Under the pieces are notes generated by a model. It made no database searches. It was not told the origin of the DNA and saw nothing but the letters and a program-made list of their open reading frames with translations. A stretch of DNA of 62,581 nucleotides, counting the filler. It is 4 parts of 4 records of this genome, joined end to end, with 100 filler letters (N's around TTAATTAATTAA, not from the genome) between each part and the next. Parts side by side here need not be neighbours in the genome. Positions count along the whole stretch, not along the records: positions 25,683 to 43,672 come from SRR20825019_1514; positions 43,773 to 57,459 come from SRR20825019_1516; 2 more parts are not named here. One strand, 5' to 3'. Made by a program: the position numbers and the translations under genes. Of this stretch, positions 35,275 through 44,063 are shown piece by piece. The stretch's first letter is position 1. Each line of letters opens with the position of its first letter.

Positions 35275-35646
35275 ATGCAACTCGGTGCCTTTTCCGTCAG
35301 CCTTGCCGTCAAGGATATCGCCGCCTCGCGCAGCTTTTATGAGAAGCTTGGTTTCTCGGCGATCATGGGCGAGGAGGCGCAAAACTGGCTCATCATGAAA
35401 AATGGTGACCATGTGATCGGCCTGTTTCAGGGCATGTTCGACAAGAACATCCTGACGTTCAATCCGGGCTGGAATGCCGATTCCGAGCAATTGCCGGACT
35501 TTACGGACATCCGCATGATCCAGCAGTCGCTCAAGTCAGGCGGAATCGAAGTCGGCACCGAGATTGACCCGCAGTCGTCCGGGCCGGCGAATTTTTCGAT
35601 TACCGACCCGGATGGCAATGTCATCTTGTTCGACCAGCACGTCTGA
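35275..35646 (+). CDS. VOC/glyoxalase family protein
   Basis: LAVKDIAASRSFYEKLGF and DPDGNVILFDQH motifs. Confidence 0.9.
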   Translation: MQLGAFSVSLAVKDIAASRSFYEKLGFSAIMGEEAQNWLIMKNGDHVIGLFQGMFDKNILTFNPGWNADSEQLPDFTDIRMIQQSLKSGGIEVGTEIDPQSSGPANFSITDPDGNVILFDQHV

Positions 35647-35655
35647 GCGACGTCG

Positions 35656-36456
35656 CTATTTCAGCATCCATTCGTGCTCGGGCGCATTGTGGAACTTCCA
35701 CACGCGCTTGGGGCCCGCCATGACGTTGAGATAGTAGAGGTCATAGCCCGCAGTCGTCGCCACCGGGTGATAGCCGCGCGGCACCAGGGTCACGTCCCCA
35801 TCCTCGATTGCCATGGCTTCGTCGAGGCTTCGGTCATCTGTGTAAACGCGCTGGAAGGCGAAGCCCTGCGGCGGGTTCATGCGGTGATAATAGGTCTCTT
35901 CCAACTGACTTTCATGCGGGAGATTGTCCTGGTCATGCTTGTGCGGCGGGTAGGATGAGGTGTTTCCCTCGGGCGTGATGACCTCCACCACCAGCAGCGC
36001 ATGTGCCGCGCCATCATCCTCGGGCATGATATTATGGACATGCCGCACATTGGCGCCTGTGCCGCGCGTGACACGCGGATGCGTGCCGGGCGGAATCACC
36101 CTGGCATGATAGTCTCCGCCACCCGGCGCCGAGCAGACGGCCAGTTCCAGATCCGTCGTCGCATCAACCGCCCAATGCCGGCCCGCAGGCACGTAAAGTG
36201 CGTGCGGCGCACCCTCGAAGGGGCTCATGCGGTCCCCTAGTTCGCCGAAGTCCTCGCCATCGACGGCAAAGCGGCCCTTGCCGCTGACCAGAACCAGGCA
36301 AACCTCGCGCTCGCCGGTTTCCTCACCATAGGCTTGGCCCGGCACCAGCTTATGCAGGCCGAAACCGACATGGGTCCAGTCGGCCGAAGCCGGCGTGACG
36401 TCATGGATCCTGCCGGTCTTGCTCGTCGGCCGGACGAGGAGGGGGGACTTGCTCAT
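35656..36456 (-). CDS. iolB: 5-deoxy-glucuronate isomerase
   Basis: GNTSSYPPHKHD, LEETYYHR, VPRGYHPV, YLNVMAGP; RBS GGAGGAG upstream. Confidence 0.95.
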   Translation of the reverse strand: MSKSPLLVRPTSKTGRIHDVTPASADWTHVGFGLHKLVPGQAYGEETGEREVCLVLVSGKGRFAVDGEDFGELGDRMSPFEGAPHALYVPAGRHWAVDATTDLELAVCSAPGGGDYHARVIPPGTHPRVTRGTGANVRHVHNIMPEDDGAAHALLVVEVITPEGNTSSYPPHKHDQDNLPHESQLEETYYHRMNPPQGFAFQRVYTDDRSLDEAMAIEDGDVTLVPRGYHPVATTAGYDLYYLNVMAGPKRVWKFHNAPEHEWMLK

Positions 36457-36652
36457 TTTCATTCTCCTCCTTGGGAAACTTGTAAAAGAAGTTCCAGCCC
36501 ACATAGGCCAGCGCCGCGCCAACGAGAACGGCCCAGAACATGTCCTGGGTGAACAGCAGTTCCCAGCCCAGCCAGAGCGCCAGGAACACGGCGACCGCCA
36601 CGCGCCGCCACATCGGGCGGAACCATTTGAGATCGTTTTCTTTCAGTGCCAA
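36401..36652 (-). CDS. Small two-helix membrane protein (DUF3329-like)
   Basis: WFRPMWRRVAV...WLGWE motif; GGAGG RBS; overlaps the iolB start by 56 nt. Confidence 0.7.
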   Translation of the reverse strand: MALKENDLKWFRPMWRRVAVAVFLALWLGWELLFTQDMFWAVLVGAALAYVGWNFFYKFPKEENENEQVPPPRPADEQDRQDP

Positions 36653-36709
36653 TTCCGCCTCCCGGTTGATTCAGTTCGGCAAGGCTTTAGCACAGGCCCT
36701 TCGAAAGAC

Positions 36710-37627
36710 TCACCCTTTTGGAAAGCCCTGTGTCTCTACGGTGTAACCGGCGGCCGCCATTACGCGCATCAGTTCGGCATGCCCAACCTGGGCCATTTTG
36801 AGCGGTGGGTTCTGTACCGGATCCTGCTCGGCCTCGACCACGAACCAGCCTTCATAACCATGATCGGCCAGCCGCTGCACGATGGCGCCAAAATCAAGCG
36901 ACCCATCACCCGGCACGGTGAAAGCCCCAAGCGCCACCGCATCGAGAAAACTCTGCTGGCTGCGATCCAGCCCATCCACCACCGCCTGGCGGATATCCTT
37001 GACATGCACATGGTTGATCCGCGTGTGATGCCTGTCGATGGCCCGTAGGACGTCGCCACCGGCAAATACCAGATGCCCTGCGTCGAGCAGGAGTGGAATG
37101 CCCGGCCCGGACGCCGCCATGAAGGCGTCGAGTTCGGTTTCGGTCTCGACCACGGCGCCCATATGGTGGTGATAGCTCAGCGGCATGCCCTGCTCGGCGC
37201 ACCATTCGCCAAACGCAGTGACCTTGCGTGCATAGGCCATCATTTCGTCATCCGAGAGCTTTGGCTTCTGCGCCAGCGGCACGTCGCGCTTGCCCTGGAT
37301 CGAGCGGCCCACCTCACCATAGACAATGCAGGGCGCATCGACCGCCTTGAACAACTCGATCATTGGCGCGATGCGGTCCTTGTTGACGGACAAGTCTTCG
37401 TCCACCAGCGTGCCGGAGAACCAACCGCCGCACAGCGTCACGTCAGCCGCCTTGAGAATGGGCAGCATCACCTCGGGATCGTCGGGAAAGCGACGTCCCT
37501 TCTCCATGCCGGTAAATCCGGCCGAGCGGGATTGCCGCAGGCATTCTTCGAGCGAAACGTCGTCGCTCAGTTCGACCAGGTCGTCGTTCCACCACGCAAT
37601 GGGCGACATGCCGAGCTTGGCTTTCAT
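36710..37627 (-). CDS. iolE: myo-Inosose-2 dehydratase
   Basis: PIAWWNDD, YHHHMG, LLDAGH, HVHVKD, FTVPGDG, VVEAEQDP. Confidence 0.95.
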   Translation of the reverse strand: MKAKLGMSPIAWWNDDLVELSDDVSLEECLRQSRSAGFTGMEKGRRFPDDPEVMLPILKAADVTLCGGWFSGTLVDEDLSVNKDRIAPMIELFKAVDAPCIVYGEVGRSIQGKRDVPLAQKPKLSDDEMMAYARKVTAFGEWCAEQGMPLSYHHHMGAVVETETELDAFMAASGPGIPLLLDAGHLVFAGGDVLRAIDRHHTRINHVHVKDIRQAVVDGLDRSQQSFLDAVALGAFTVPGDGSLDFGAIVQRLADHGYEGWFVVEAEQDPVQNPPLKMAQVGHAELMRVMAAAGYTVETQGFPKG

Positions 37628-37648
37628 CACATTCTCCATGTCCCAATT

Positions 37649-37757
37649 CCTCTCCCCCTTGGGGAGAGGTGGCTCGGCGAAGCCGAGTCGGTGAGGATGC
37701 CGGCCGGACATCCCCCTCATCCGGCGCTGCGCGCCGGCTTCTCCCCGAGGGGGAGAA
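37649..37757. repeat. Alphaproteobacterial palindromic intergenic repeat (RIME/CIR-like)
   Basis: Terminal hairpins CCTCTCCCC..GGGGAGAGG and TTCTCCCC..GGGGAGAA flank internal GGTGAGG/CCTCATCC arms. Confidence 0.75.
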
Positions 37758-37762
37758 AAATA

Positions 37763-39610
37763 CTAACCCGCCCGCTGCCCCTTCAGCGCCTTCACATAGG
37801 CCTCCCGCGCCGCATTGACCTGGGGTCGCGTACTGACTTCAGGCACGGCCACATCCCACCAATGGCCACCCTCGTCCGTGGTGATCAACGGGTCGGTGTC
37901 GATGACAAAAACCGACACGCCTGCATGGTCCTTGCTCTCCCTGAGCGCAGTTTCCAGCTCGGCCAGCGAGGCCACATTCTTCGCATTGGCCCCCATCGAT
38001 GCGGCATGGGCGGCAAAGTCGACATCGGGCATTGTCTGGTGACGGGTGTCGCGGAACAGATTGTTGAAGTTCGCCCCGCCGGTGGCCATTTGCAGCCTGT
38101 TGATGCAGCCATAGCCGGAATTGTCGAGCACCACGATGGTCAGCCTGACGCCGAGCATCACGGCACTGACGATCTCCGAATTCATCATCAGATACGAGCC
38201 GTCACCCACCATCACGACGGTGTCCGTATCCGGCTTCGCCAACGCGACCCCAAGCCCGGCGGCAATTTCGTAGCCCATGGTCGAAAAGCCATATTCGAGA
38301 TGATAGCTGCCCGGCGCATCAGCCCGCCACAGCTTGTGCAGCTCGCCCGGCAAGCCACCGGCAGCACAGACCAAGGTGGCTTTTTCCCGCCCCCGCTGCA
38401 CTGCACCGATGACCTGGGCATCGGAGGGTAGTTCTGCATTCGATGCGGCCAGCGCTGCGTCTGCCGCGCCCAGCCAATCTTCCTTTTCTCGCAAGGCCTT
38501 GCTGGTCCAGGCGGAATCAACCTGCCAACCCATGAGGGCTGCGTCCAGCGCTTCAAGACCCACACGCGCATCGGCCACCATGGGCAGCGCATTGTGTTTC
38601 ATGGCGTCGAACACCTGGACGTTGAGCCCGATGATTTTTACATCCTCATTCTTGAACAGCGCCCAGGACCCGGTGGTGAAGTCCTGAAGCCGCGTGCCCA
38701 CGGCCAAAACCACGTCGGCCTCTTCTGCCAGCCCATTGGCGGCGGAGGTGCCGGTCACGCCAACGCTGCCCATGTTGAGTTCATGGTCGTGGGGCAGGGC
38801 ACTCTTGCCCGCCTGCGTTTCCATTACGGGAATGCCGTGTTCCTCGGCAAAGGCCGCCAGGCTCTCGCTGGCCTGTGAATAAAGCACGCCGCCACCAGCG
38901 ATGATCACCGGCTTCTTTGCCAGTTTCAGCGCGGCCGCAGCTGTCGCGAATTCGTCGGCATCCGGCATGATCCGGCGCGGTGTCCAGACTTTCTCGGCAA
39001 AGAAGCTCTCCGGATAGTCATAGGCTTCGGCCTGCACGTCCTGGCAGAGGCTTAGCGTCACCGGCCCGCATTCGGCCGGGTCGGTGAGCACCTGCATGGC
39101 TCGTCGAAGCGCCGGCATGATCTGTTCAGGCCGGGTGATGCGGTCAAAATAGCGACTGACGGGCCGGAAGCAGTCGTTCACGGTCACGGTGCCATCGCCG
39201 AAATCTTCGGCCTGCTGCAAGACCGGGTCCGGCAGGCGATTGGCAAACACGTCGCCGGGCAGCAGCAGCACGGGGATGCGGTTGACATGCGCCAGCGCTG
39301 CCGCCGTCACCATGTTGAGTGCGCCGGGCCCGATGGAACTGGTGCAGGCCATGAAGCGGCGCCGGAAATTGGCCTTGGCATAAGCGATGGCGGCATGCGC
39401 CATGCTCTGTTCGTTCTGGCCCCGATAGGTCGGCAATGCATCCTTGATGCCGTGCAACGCCTCGCCGACACCTGCCACATTGCCATGCCCGAATATGGCC
39501 CAGACGCCGCCAAAGATCGGCACGGTCTCGCCATCGATCACCGTCTTCTGCGCGCACATGAAACGCGCCACGGCCTGCGCCATCGTCAATCGGATAGTGT
39601 TCTGGCTCAT
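37763..39610 (-). CDS. iolD: 3D-(3,5/4)-trihydroxycyclohexane-1,2-dione acylhydrolase
   Basis: IFGHGNVAG, NEQSMAHAA, YHLEYGFSTMGYE, ThDP motif GDGSYLM...DNSGYGCINRLQ; ATGA overlap with iolC. Confidence 0.96.
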   Translation of the reverse strand: MSQNTIRLTMAQAVARFMCAQKTVIDGETVPIFGGVWAIFGHGNVAGVGEALHGIKDALPTYRGQNEQSMAHAAIAYAKANFRRRFMACTSSIGPGALNMVTAAALAHVNRIPVLLLPGDVFANRLPDPVLQQAEDFGDGTVTVNDCFRPVSRYFDRITRPEQIMPALRRAMQVLTDPAECGPVTLSLCQDVQAEAYDYPESFFAEKVWTPRRIMPDADEFATAAAALKLAKKPVIIAGGGVLYSQASESLAAFAEEHGIPVMETQAGKSALPHDHELNMGSVGVTGTSAANGLAEEADVVLAVGTRLQDFTTGSWALFKNEDVKIIGLNVQVFDAMKHNALPMVADARVGLEALDAALMGWQVDSAWTSKALREKEDWLGAADAALAASNAELPSDAQVIGAVQRGREKATLVCAAGGLPGELHKLWRADAPGSYHLEYGFSTMGYEIAAGLGVALAKPDTDTVVMVGDGSYLMMNSEIVSAVMLGVRLTIVVLDNSGYGCINRLQMATGGANFNNLFRDTRHQTMPDVDFAAHAASMGANAKNVASLAELETALRESKDHAGVSVFVIDTDPLITTDEGGHWWDVAVPEVSTRPQVNAAREAYVKALKGQRAG

Positions 39611-41526
39611 GGCCGCTCCCAAACCTCTACCAGTGCGCCGAACCGTTTCGCCATCTCGGCTACGGCCTCTTCGTCGCTCATCTTGTTATCCAGCCAGTCG
39701 CGCGCGACCTCACCGAAGATCGTCCGCCCCACGGCAAAGCCCCTGACACTCCGCGCCGACTTTGCAGCGGCGAAACCAGCAGCCAGTTCATCCTGCGGCG
39801 CGTCAAGGCCCAGCATCACCACGCCGCGGCAATAAGGGTCTCGCGTTTCTATGACGGCATCAATGGCTGCCCACGCCGCCTCGCTCTTTTGCGGCTCAAG
39901 CTTCCACCAGTCCGGCTTTATGCCGGCATCGTAAATCTCGGTCAGTGCCCGCGCCACAGTATCGTCTGTGACCCCACCGTGCTTGCCGGCGATGATTTCC
40001 ACCAGCAGTTCACGACCGATTTTGCGCGCCGCATCGAAGGCCGAACGCAGCTTACCGATCTGTTCATCTCGCAGGTCCTGGGGGTCATCCGGGTGGAGAA
40101 AGCACAGCACCTTGATGCAGTGGTCCACCGGCCAGTCGATCAGGCGCGAGCCGAGATCCTGCGTGAACTCGAATTGCAGTGGCCGCGAACCCGGCAGTTC
40201 GATGGGCCTGGCCACCCAGAAATTGGGCAGCGCGCCAGCGGCATAGAGCGCATCACGACCGTATTTGTCGTCGAGCAACATGCCGAAACCATCGCGCCCA
40301 TTGGCCACACGCGTTGCCGCCTTGACCGCCAGGACCTTGAGGGCTGGAAGGCGTGCCAGCTTCTTTGCATCTCCCCCAGCCATCTCTTCGAGTTGGCTGC
40401 GGTGGTCGATGGCCAACGCCATCAGTTTGGGAATCTCCCGCCGCCGGGTTGTCGCCCAATGCACGTGGTTGATCGCTTCATCCTTGCGCAGGGCCTTTTC
40501 GGGGCTGCCGTTCTCCAGGAAGAACTGGAGTTCGGTCCAGGTTGGAATTTCCGGCGCGCAGAGCAGGCGACTGACGGCGAAGGCACCGCAGGCGTTGGCC
40601 CATGTGGCGCTCGTCTGGTGGCTCTCGCCACGCAACCAGCCGCGCAGGAAGCCGCTCATGAAGGCGTCGCCCGCGCCGAGCACGTTATAGACCTCGATCG
40701 GAAACCCCTCGCCCACGATGCCGTCTTCGAGATCGTCGGGAATGGCCCCGTCATAGACAATGCAGCCCATAGGGCCGCGCTTCAGGACGATCACGGCGGA
40801 GGACAGGGTCCGGATCGTCCTGAGCGCAGTTTCAAGATCGCTGGCACCGGAGGCAATGAGCACCTCTTCTTCGGTTCCCACGATCAAATCGCATTCGGGC
40901 AATACTGTCTTGAGATGTGCCGACACAGTATCGGAGGCGATATAGCGGCTGTCGCCCGCGTCGTGCCCGGCAAGTCCCCAGAGATTGGGCCGGTAGTCGA
41001 TATCGAACACGACCTTGGCGCCGCTGTCCCGCGCAATCCGCATGGCCTTGCGCTGGGCCGCGTCGCTGTGCGGCTTGGCGAAATGGGTTCCCGTCACCAG
41101 CACGGCGCGCGCCGAGCGGATGAAATCGGGGTCGACATCGCCTTCATCAAGCGCAGCATCGGCACAATTGTCGCGATAAAAGATCAGGGGAAAGGACTTG
41201 TCGTTTTCCACCGAGAGCAGGACGAGCGCGGTTAGACGCTCAGGATCAGTGGCAATGCCGCGCGTTTCCACCCCTTCGCGGGCCAGCTGTTCGCGAATGA
41301 AGCGCCCCATCTGTTCGTCGCCGACCCGGGTAATCAGCGCGGATTTGAGGCCCAGTCGCGCCGTACCGACGGCAATGTTCGTTGGGCATCCACCAACCGA
41401 TTTGGCAAAGCTTGCGATGTCTTCGAGCCGCGTCCCGATCTGTTGACCATAGAGGTCCACCGACGCGCGCCCGATCGTGATGACATCAAGAGGGCGATCC
41501 GGGATCTGGTCAGTGGCGAGGGACAA
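39607..41526 (-). CDS. iolC: 5-dehydro-2-deoxygluconokinase fused to DUF2090
   Basis: PfkB motifs VGGCPTN, DIDYRP and LGAGDAF; C-terminal AIDHR, KPDWWKLEP, GFAVGRTIF. Confidence 0.95.
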   Translation of the reverse strand: MSLATDQIPDRPLDVITIGRASVDLYGQQIGTRLEDIASFAKSVGGCPTNIAVGTARLGLKSALITRVGDEQMGRFIREQLAREGVETRGIATDPERLTALVLLSVENDKSFPLIFYRDNCADAALDEGDVDPDFIRSARAVLVTGTHFAKPHSDAAQRKAMRIARDSGAKVVFDIDYRPNLWGLAGHDAGDSRYIASDTVSAHLKTVLPECDLIVGTEEEVLIASGASDLETALRTIRTLSSAVIVLKRGPMGCIVYDGAIPDDLEDGIVGEGFPIEVYNVLGAGDAFMSGFLRGWLRGESHQTSATWANACGAFAVSRLLCAPEIPTWTELQFFLENGSPEKALRKDEAINHVHWATTRRREIPKLMALAIDHRSQLEEMAGGDAKKLARLPALKVLAVKAATRVANGRDGFGMLLDDKYGRDALYAAGALPNFWVARPIELPGSRPLQFEFTQDLGSRLIDWPVDHCIKVLCFLHPDDPQDLRDEQIGKLRSAFDAARKIGRELLVEIIAGKHGGVTDDTVARALTEIYDAGIKPDWWKLEPQKSEAAWAAIDAVIETRDPYCRGVVMLGLDAPQDELAAGFAAAKSARSVRGFAVGRTIFGEVARDWLDNKMSDEEAVAEMAKRFGALVEVWERP

Positions 41527-41587
41527 GGCGAGAACTCCGTTGCAGGAACCACCCTAGCGAAACACAAATTCCGCGAGTTCTCAAGAT

Positions 41588-41601
41588 AGAATGTTTGTTC
41601 C
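41588..41601. promoter_or_regulatory. Putative IolR operator upstream of iolC
   Basis: AGAA-N6-TTCC, followed by a further TTCCA..TGGAA inverted pair. Confidence 0.55.
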
Positions 41602-41628
41602 ATTGTTGGAATGGCGGCTGCGGCGGCA

Positions 41629-42459
41629 TCAGGCCTGCCGGCGTTTCTCTGCGATGCCCACGGTCAACGCCATGGCAAAGGCCATGCTGGCCGAAAGCGA
41701 GCGAAAACCGGCATGGTCAGCCTCGACCAGTTCGAACCAGATTTCGGCACTGGCCGCGAGAGGGGAGAGTGCCGAGTCGGTCAGCCCGACCACCGCAATG
41801 CCCCGTTCGCTCAATGCCAGTGCCTGCGCAGCGCTTTCGGCGGCGTAGGGCGAGAAACTGACGGCAAAAGCGGCATCGGCCGCGGTGGCCTGCGCCAATA
41901 GATCCTCGTCATTGCCGATAGCGGTGCTGACCACCCGGCAGGGCACTTTCAGCTTGCCAAAGGCATAGGCCATATAGGTGATGATGGGGAAACTGCGGCG
42001 CCGGGCAATCAGGTAGAGCGTGTCTGCGCGCGCCAGGATGGTGATGGCCCGCTCAAGCGCTTTGGCATCAATTGTATTGGCCAGCGCGTCGAGACTGTCA
42101 TGGCCGGCAGCCAGAAAGCCGTTGAGGATGGCGACGCCTTCGGTTTCGGTCGTGCCGCCCGATTCGAGATGGCGCAGCCTGTCTTCATAACTGCCATTGC
42201 GCTCTTTCAGCCGCTCCCGGAACAACTGCTGCAGGCCCGAAAAGCCGTCAAATCCGAAGTGCTGTGCAAATCGGACCAGGGTTGAGGGCTGGACTTGTGC
42301 GGCCTGGGCAATACTGGCGGTCGTCCCGAATGCCATGTCGTCGGGGCGTTCAAGGGCATAGCTGGCCACCTGCATCAGCCGCTTGGGCAATGTTGCGCGC
42401 ATTTCGACAATGGCGGCACGCAGACTGTCGAAGTCGCGTGGCGGAAGCTGGCCGGTCAT
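41629..42459 (-). CDS. iolR: MurR/RpiR-family regulator of inositol catabolism
   Basis: HTH AQVQPSTLVRFAQHFGFDGFS plus SIS domain SFSPY/LTDSALSPL; heads the iol operon. Confidence 0.9.
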   Translation of the reverse strand: MTGQLPPRDFDSLRAAIVEMRATLPKRLMQVASYALERPDDMAFGTTASIAQAAQVQPSTLVRFAQHFGFDGFSGLQQLFRERLKERNGSYEDRLRHLESGGTTETEGVAILNGFLAAGHDSLDALANTIDAKALERAITILARADTLYLIARRRSFPIITYMAYAFGKLKVPCRVVSTAIGNDEDLLAQATAADAAFAVSFSPYAAESAAQALALSERGIAVVGLTDSALSPLAASAEIWFELVEADHAGFRSLSASMAFAMALTVGIAEKRRQA

Positions 42460-42468
42460 CTGGTCCTC

Positions 42469-42486
42469 ATGGAATGCCTATTCCAT
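42469..42486. promoter_or_regulatory. IolR operator (autoregulatory)
   Basis: Palindrome ATGGAAT-GCCT-ATTCCAT containing an exact GGAA-N6-TTCC, 10 nt upstream of the iolR start. Confidence 0.75.
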
Positions 42487-42515
42487 TTTTGGAACAAATT
42501 GCGGCGCCCTGCAAG

Positions 42516-42545
42516 AAAAAGGCAGGACGGTTGTCCGTCCTGCCT
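42516..42545 (-). terminator. Intrinsic terminator after the DMT transporter gene
   Basis: Minus strand AGGCAGGACGG-ACAA-CCGTCCTGCCT followed by a T-run. Confidence 0.85.
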
Positions 42546-42568
42546 CTGATGGATCGCTATAAGAGCGC

Positions 42569-43540
42569 CTAAGCTGGTTGCAGCGAAGCGGGCTCCCGGC
42601 GATTTTCGATCCAGTAGATAAACACGGAAGCCCCGACGATCAGGGCGGCGCCGGGCCAGAACCAGACCGAGGGCACCTGGCCAAGCGCAACCCAACCGAC
42701 CAGGCCGCTCAACGGCACTTTCAGATCGCCAAAGGGTTGCAGATAGACCGCGTCTGCGGCCCTGTAGGCGAAGGCGAGCAGATATTGCGCCGCCGCGGTG
42801 AGAGCGCCGAGCAGCAGCAACAGCCAGATGCCGGTAATGTCAGGCAGGGCAAAGGGGAAGCCGGGCGCCATGGCCGTGGGCAGAACGCCAGAGAGCGCGT
42901 TGGCCACCAGCAGGATCGCCAGATGGTTGGGTGTCATCAGCACCAGAAGGGAAACCGTAAGGGTTTCCGGGCTCTCGTCCTTGCGCGTCAGATATTTGGT
43001 GAGAACATCGGTGGCGGCCCAAAGCGCCGCGGCAGTGATCGGTATCATAGCCTGCCAGCCAAGGCTTTCGGTTCCGACGCCCGAAACGATGATGGCGCCG
43101 ACAAATCCGGCCAGAGCGGCCACGATTCGCGCTGTCGACGCCCGCTCGCCAAGCAACAGGGTGGAGCCCAGGACAATGAAAAGCGGTCCAGTCGCCAACA
43201 ACGTTACCATCTGCCAGATCGGCACGCCGGAGGCGAAGCCATAGACAAACACATGAACACCCAGCGCCGAGACAAAGGCGCGAACTTCATGGGCAAGCGG
43301 GTGACTGGTCTTGAGATTGGAGAGCCCGATCCTCAGGATCAGCGGCAATGCGAGAACCGAGGCAATCAGATACTGCCAGAAGGCCATGCCGGTCGAACTC
43401 ATGCCGAAGCCACCATAGTCGACTGGTGTGGGCAAAATCGATTGCAGCGTATTGGTGCCGGCAAAGGCGATACTCGCCACCAGCATGAACAGAGCACCCG
43501 ACGTTGCGGCGCTATGCGAAGTAGAGGAAATCTGGCTCAT
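42569..43540 (-). CDS. ribN: DMT/EamA transporter, probable riboflavin importer RibN
   Basis: About 10 TM helices in an EamA duplication (AFWQY, LLLGERAS, LQPFGDLKVP); lies directly behind an FMN riboswitch. Confidence 0.8.
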   Translation of the reverse strand: MSQISSTSHSAATSGALFMLVASIAFAGTNTLQSILPTPVDYGGFGMSSTGMAFWQYLIASVLALPLILRIGLSNLKTSHPLAHEVRAFVSALGVHVFVYGFASGVPIWQMVTLLATGPLFIVLGSTLLLGERASTARIVAALAGFVGAIIVSGVGTESLGWQAMIPITAAALWAATDVLTKYLTRKDESPETLTVSLLVLMTPNHLAILLVANALSGVLPTAMAPGFPFALPDITGIWLLLLLGALTAAAQYLLAFAYRAADAVYLQPFGDLKVPLSGLVGWVALGQVPSVWFWPGAALIVGASVFIYWIENRREPASLQPA

Positions 43541-43541
43541 C

Positions 43542-43588
43542 TGTCGTCCTTTCCGTAACCAGTTTCCTCAGGGTTACGGGAGACGACA
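43542..43588 (-). promoter_or_regulatory. RBS-sequestering hairpin (riboswitch expression platform)
   Basis: Minus strand TGTCGTC-TC-CCGTAACC...GGTTACGG-AAAG-GACGACA-GATG pairs over the AAAGGA Shine-Dalgarno. Confidence 0.75.
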
Positions 43589-43643
43589 TGCCAGAATGGG
43601 CGCGGGCAATTATCCACGCACGCCGGCAAAGGCGTTTGGTCCC

Positions 43644-43672
43644 GTTCTCTTTCATCCGGACTATGACCGTCG
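43644..43672 (-). ncRNA. FMN riboswitch (RFN element), 3' end only, cut by contig edge
   Basis: Reverse complement CGACGGTCATAGTCCGGATGAAAGAGAAC matches the conserved RFN 3' segment (CCGACGGT..AGTCCGGATG.AAGA). Confidence 0.85.
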
Positions 43673-43772
43673 NNNNNNNNNNNNNNNNNNNNNNNNNNNN
43701 NNNNNNNNNNNNNNNNTTAATTAATTAANNNNNNNNNNNNNNNNNNNNNNNNNNNNNNNNNNNNNNNNNNNN
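43673..43772. other. Artificial contig spacer
   Basis: N44-TTAATTAATTAA-N44. Confidence 0.98.
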
Positions 43773-43984
43773 CCCCCCCCCCCCCCCCCATCAGTGGAAT
43801 CCGATAGGACCTTCGTCGTTATCAAGCTTTATTCCACACCACGCCCCCGAGCTGTGCAGTATTAACCTATCCTCCTGCTTCGACCTAGCAAACCCTCCGA
43901 CAGGCCAACCTCAAGGGAACACTGTGACTCGTTCACCCCGGCGTTCTACTGCCGTCTCGCTAGGGTGCATGGACAGCACGTGCT

Positions 43985-44014
43985 TGTGATGGCAGTGTGA
44001 TGGCAGTGTGATGG
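43985..44014 (+). repeat. Short tandem repeat, 11-bp unit
   Basis: TGTGATGGCAG about 2.7 copies. Confidence 0.75.
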
Positions 44015-44063
44015 GCAATGTTTGGCCATGCCTCTCGGGCGCGGCACTGGCTGAGACTGGGAC

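Noticed and set aside
37628-37720. N-terminal extension of iolE from the ORF track
   Set aside because: Runs through the palindromic repeat; a GGAG RBS supports the start at 37627.
37073-43558. Long plus-strand ORFs (452, 448 and 326 aa)
   Set aside because: Antisense shadows of iolE/iolD, iolC and ribN, as expected in high-GC bacterial genes.
43773-43789. Poly-C run at contig start
   Set aside because: Homopolymer at an assembly break; no telomeric repeat structure.
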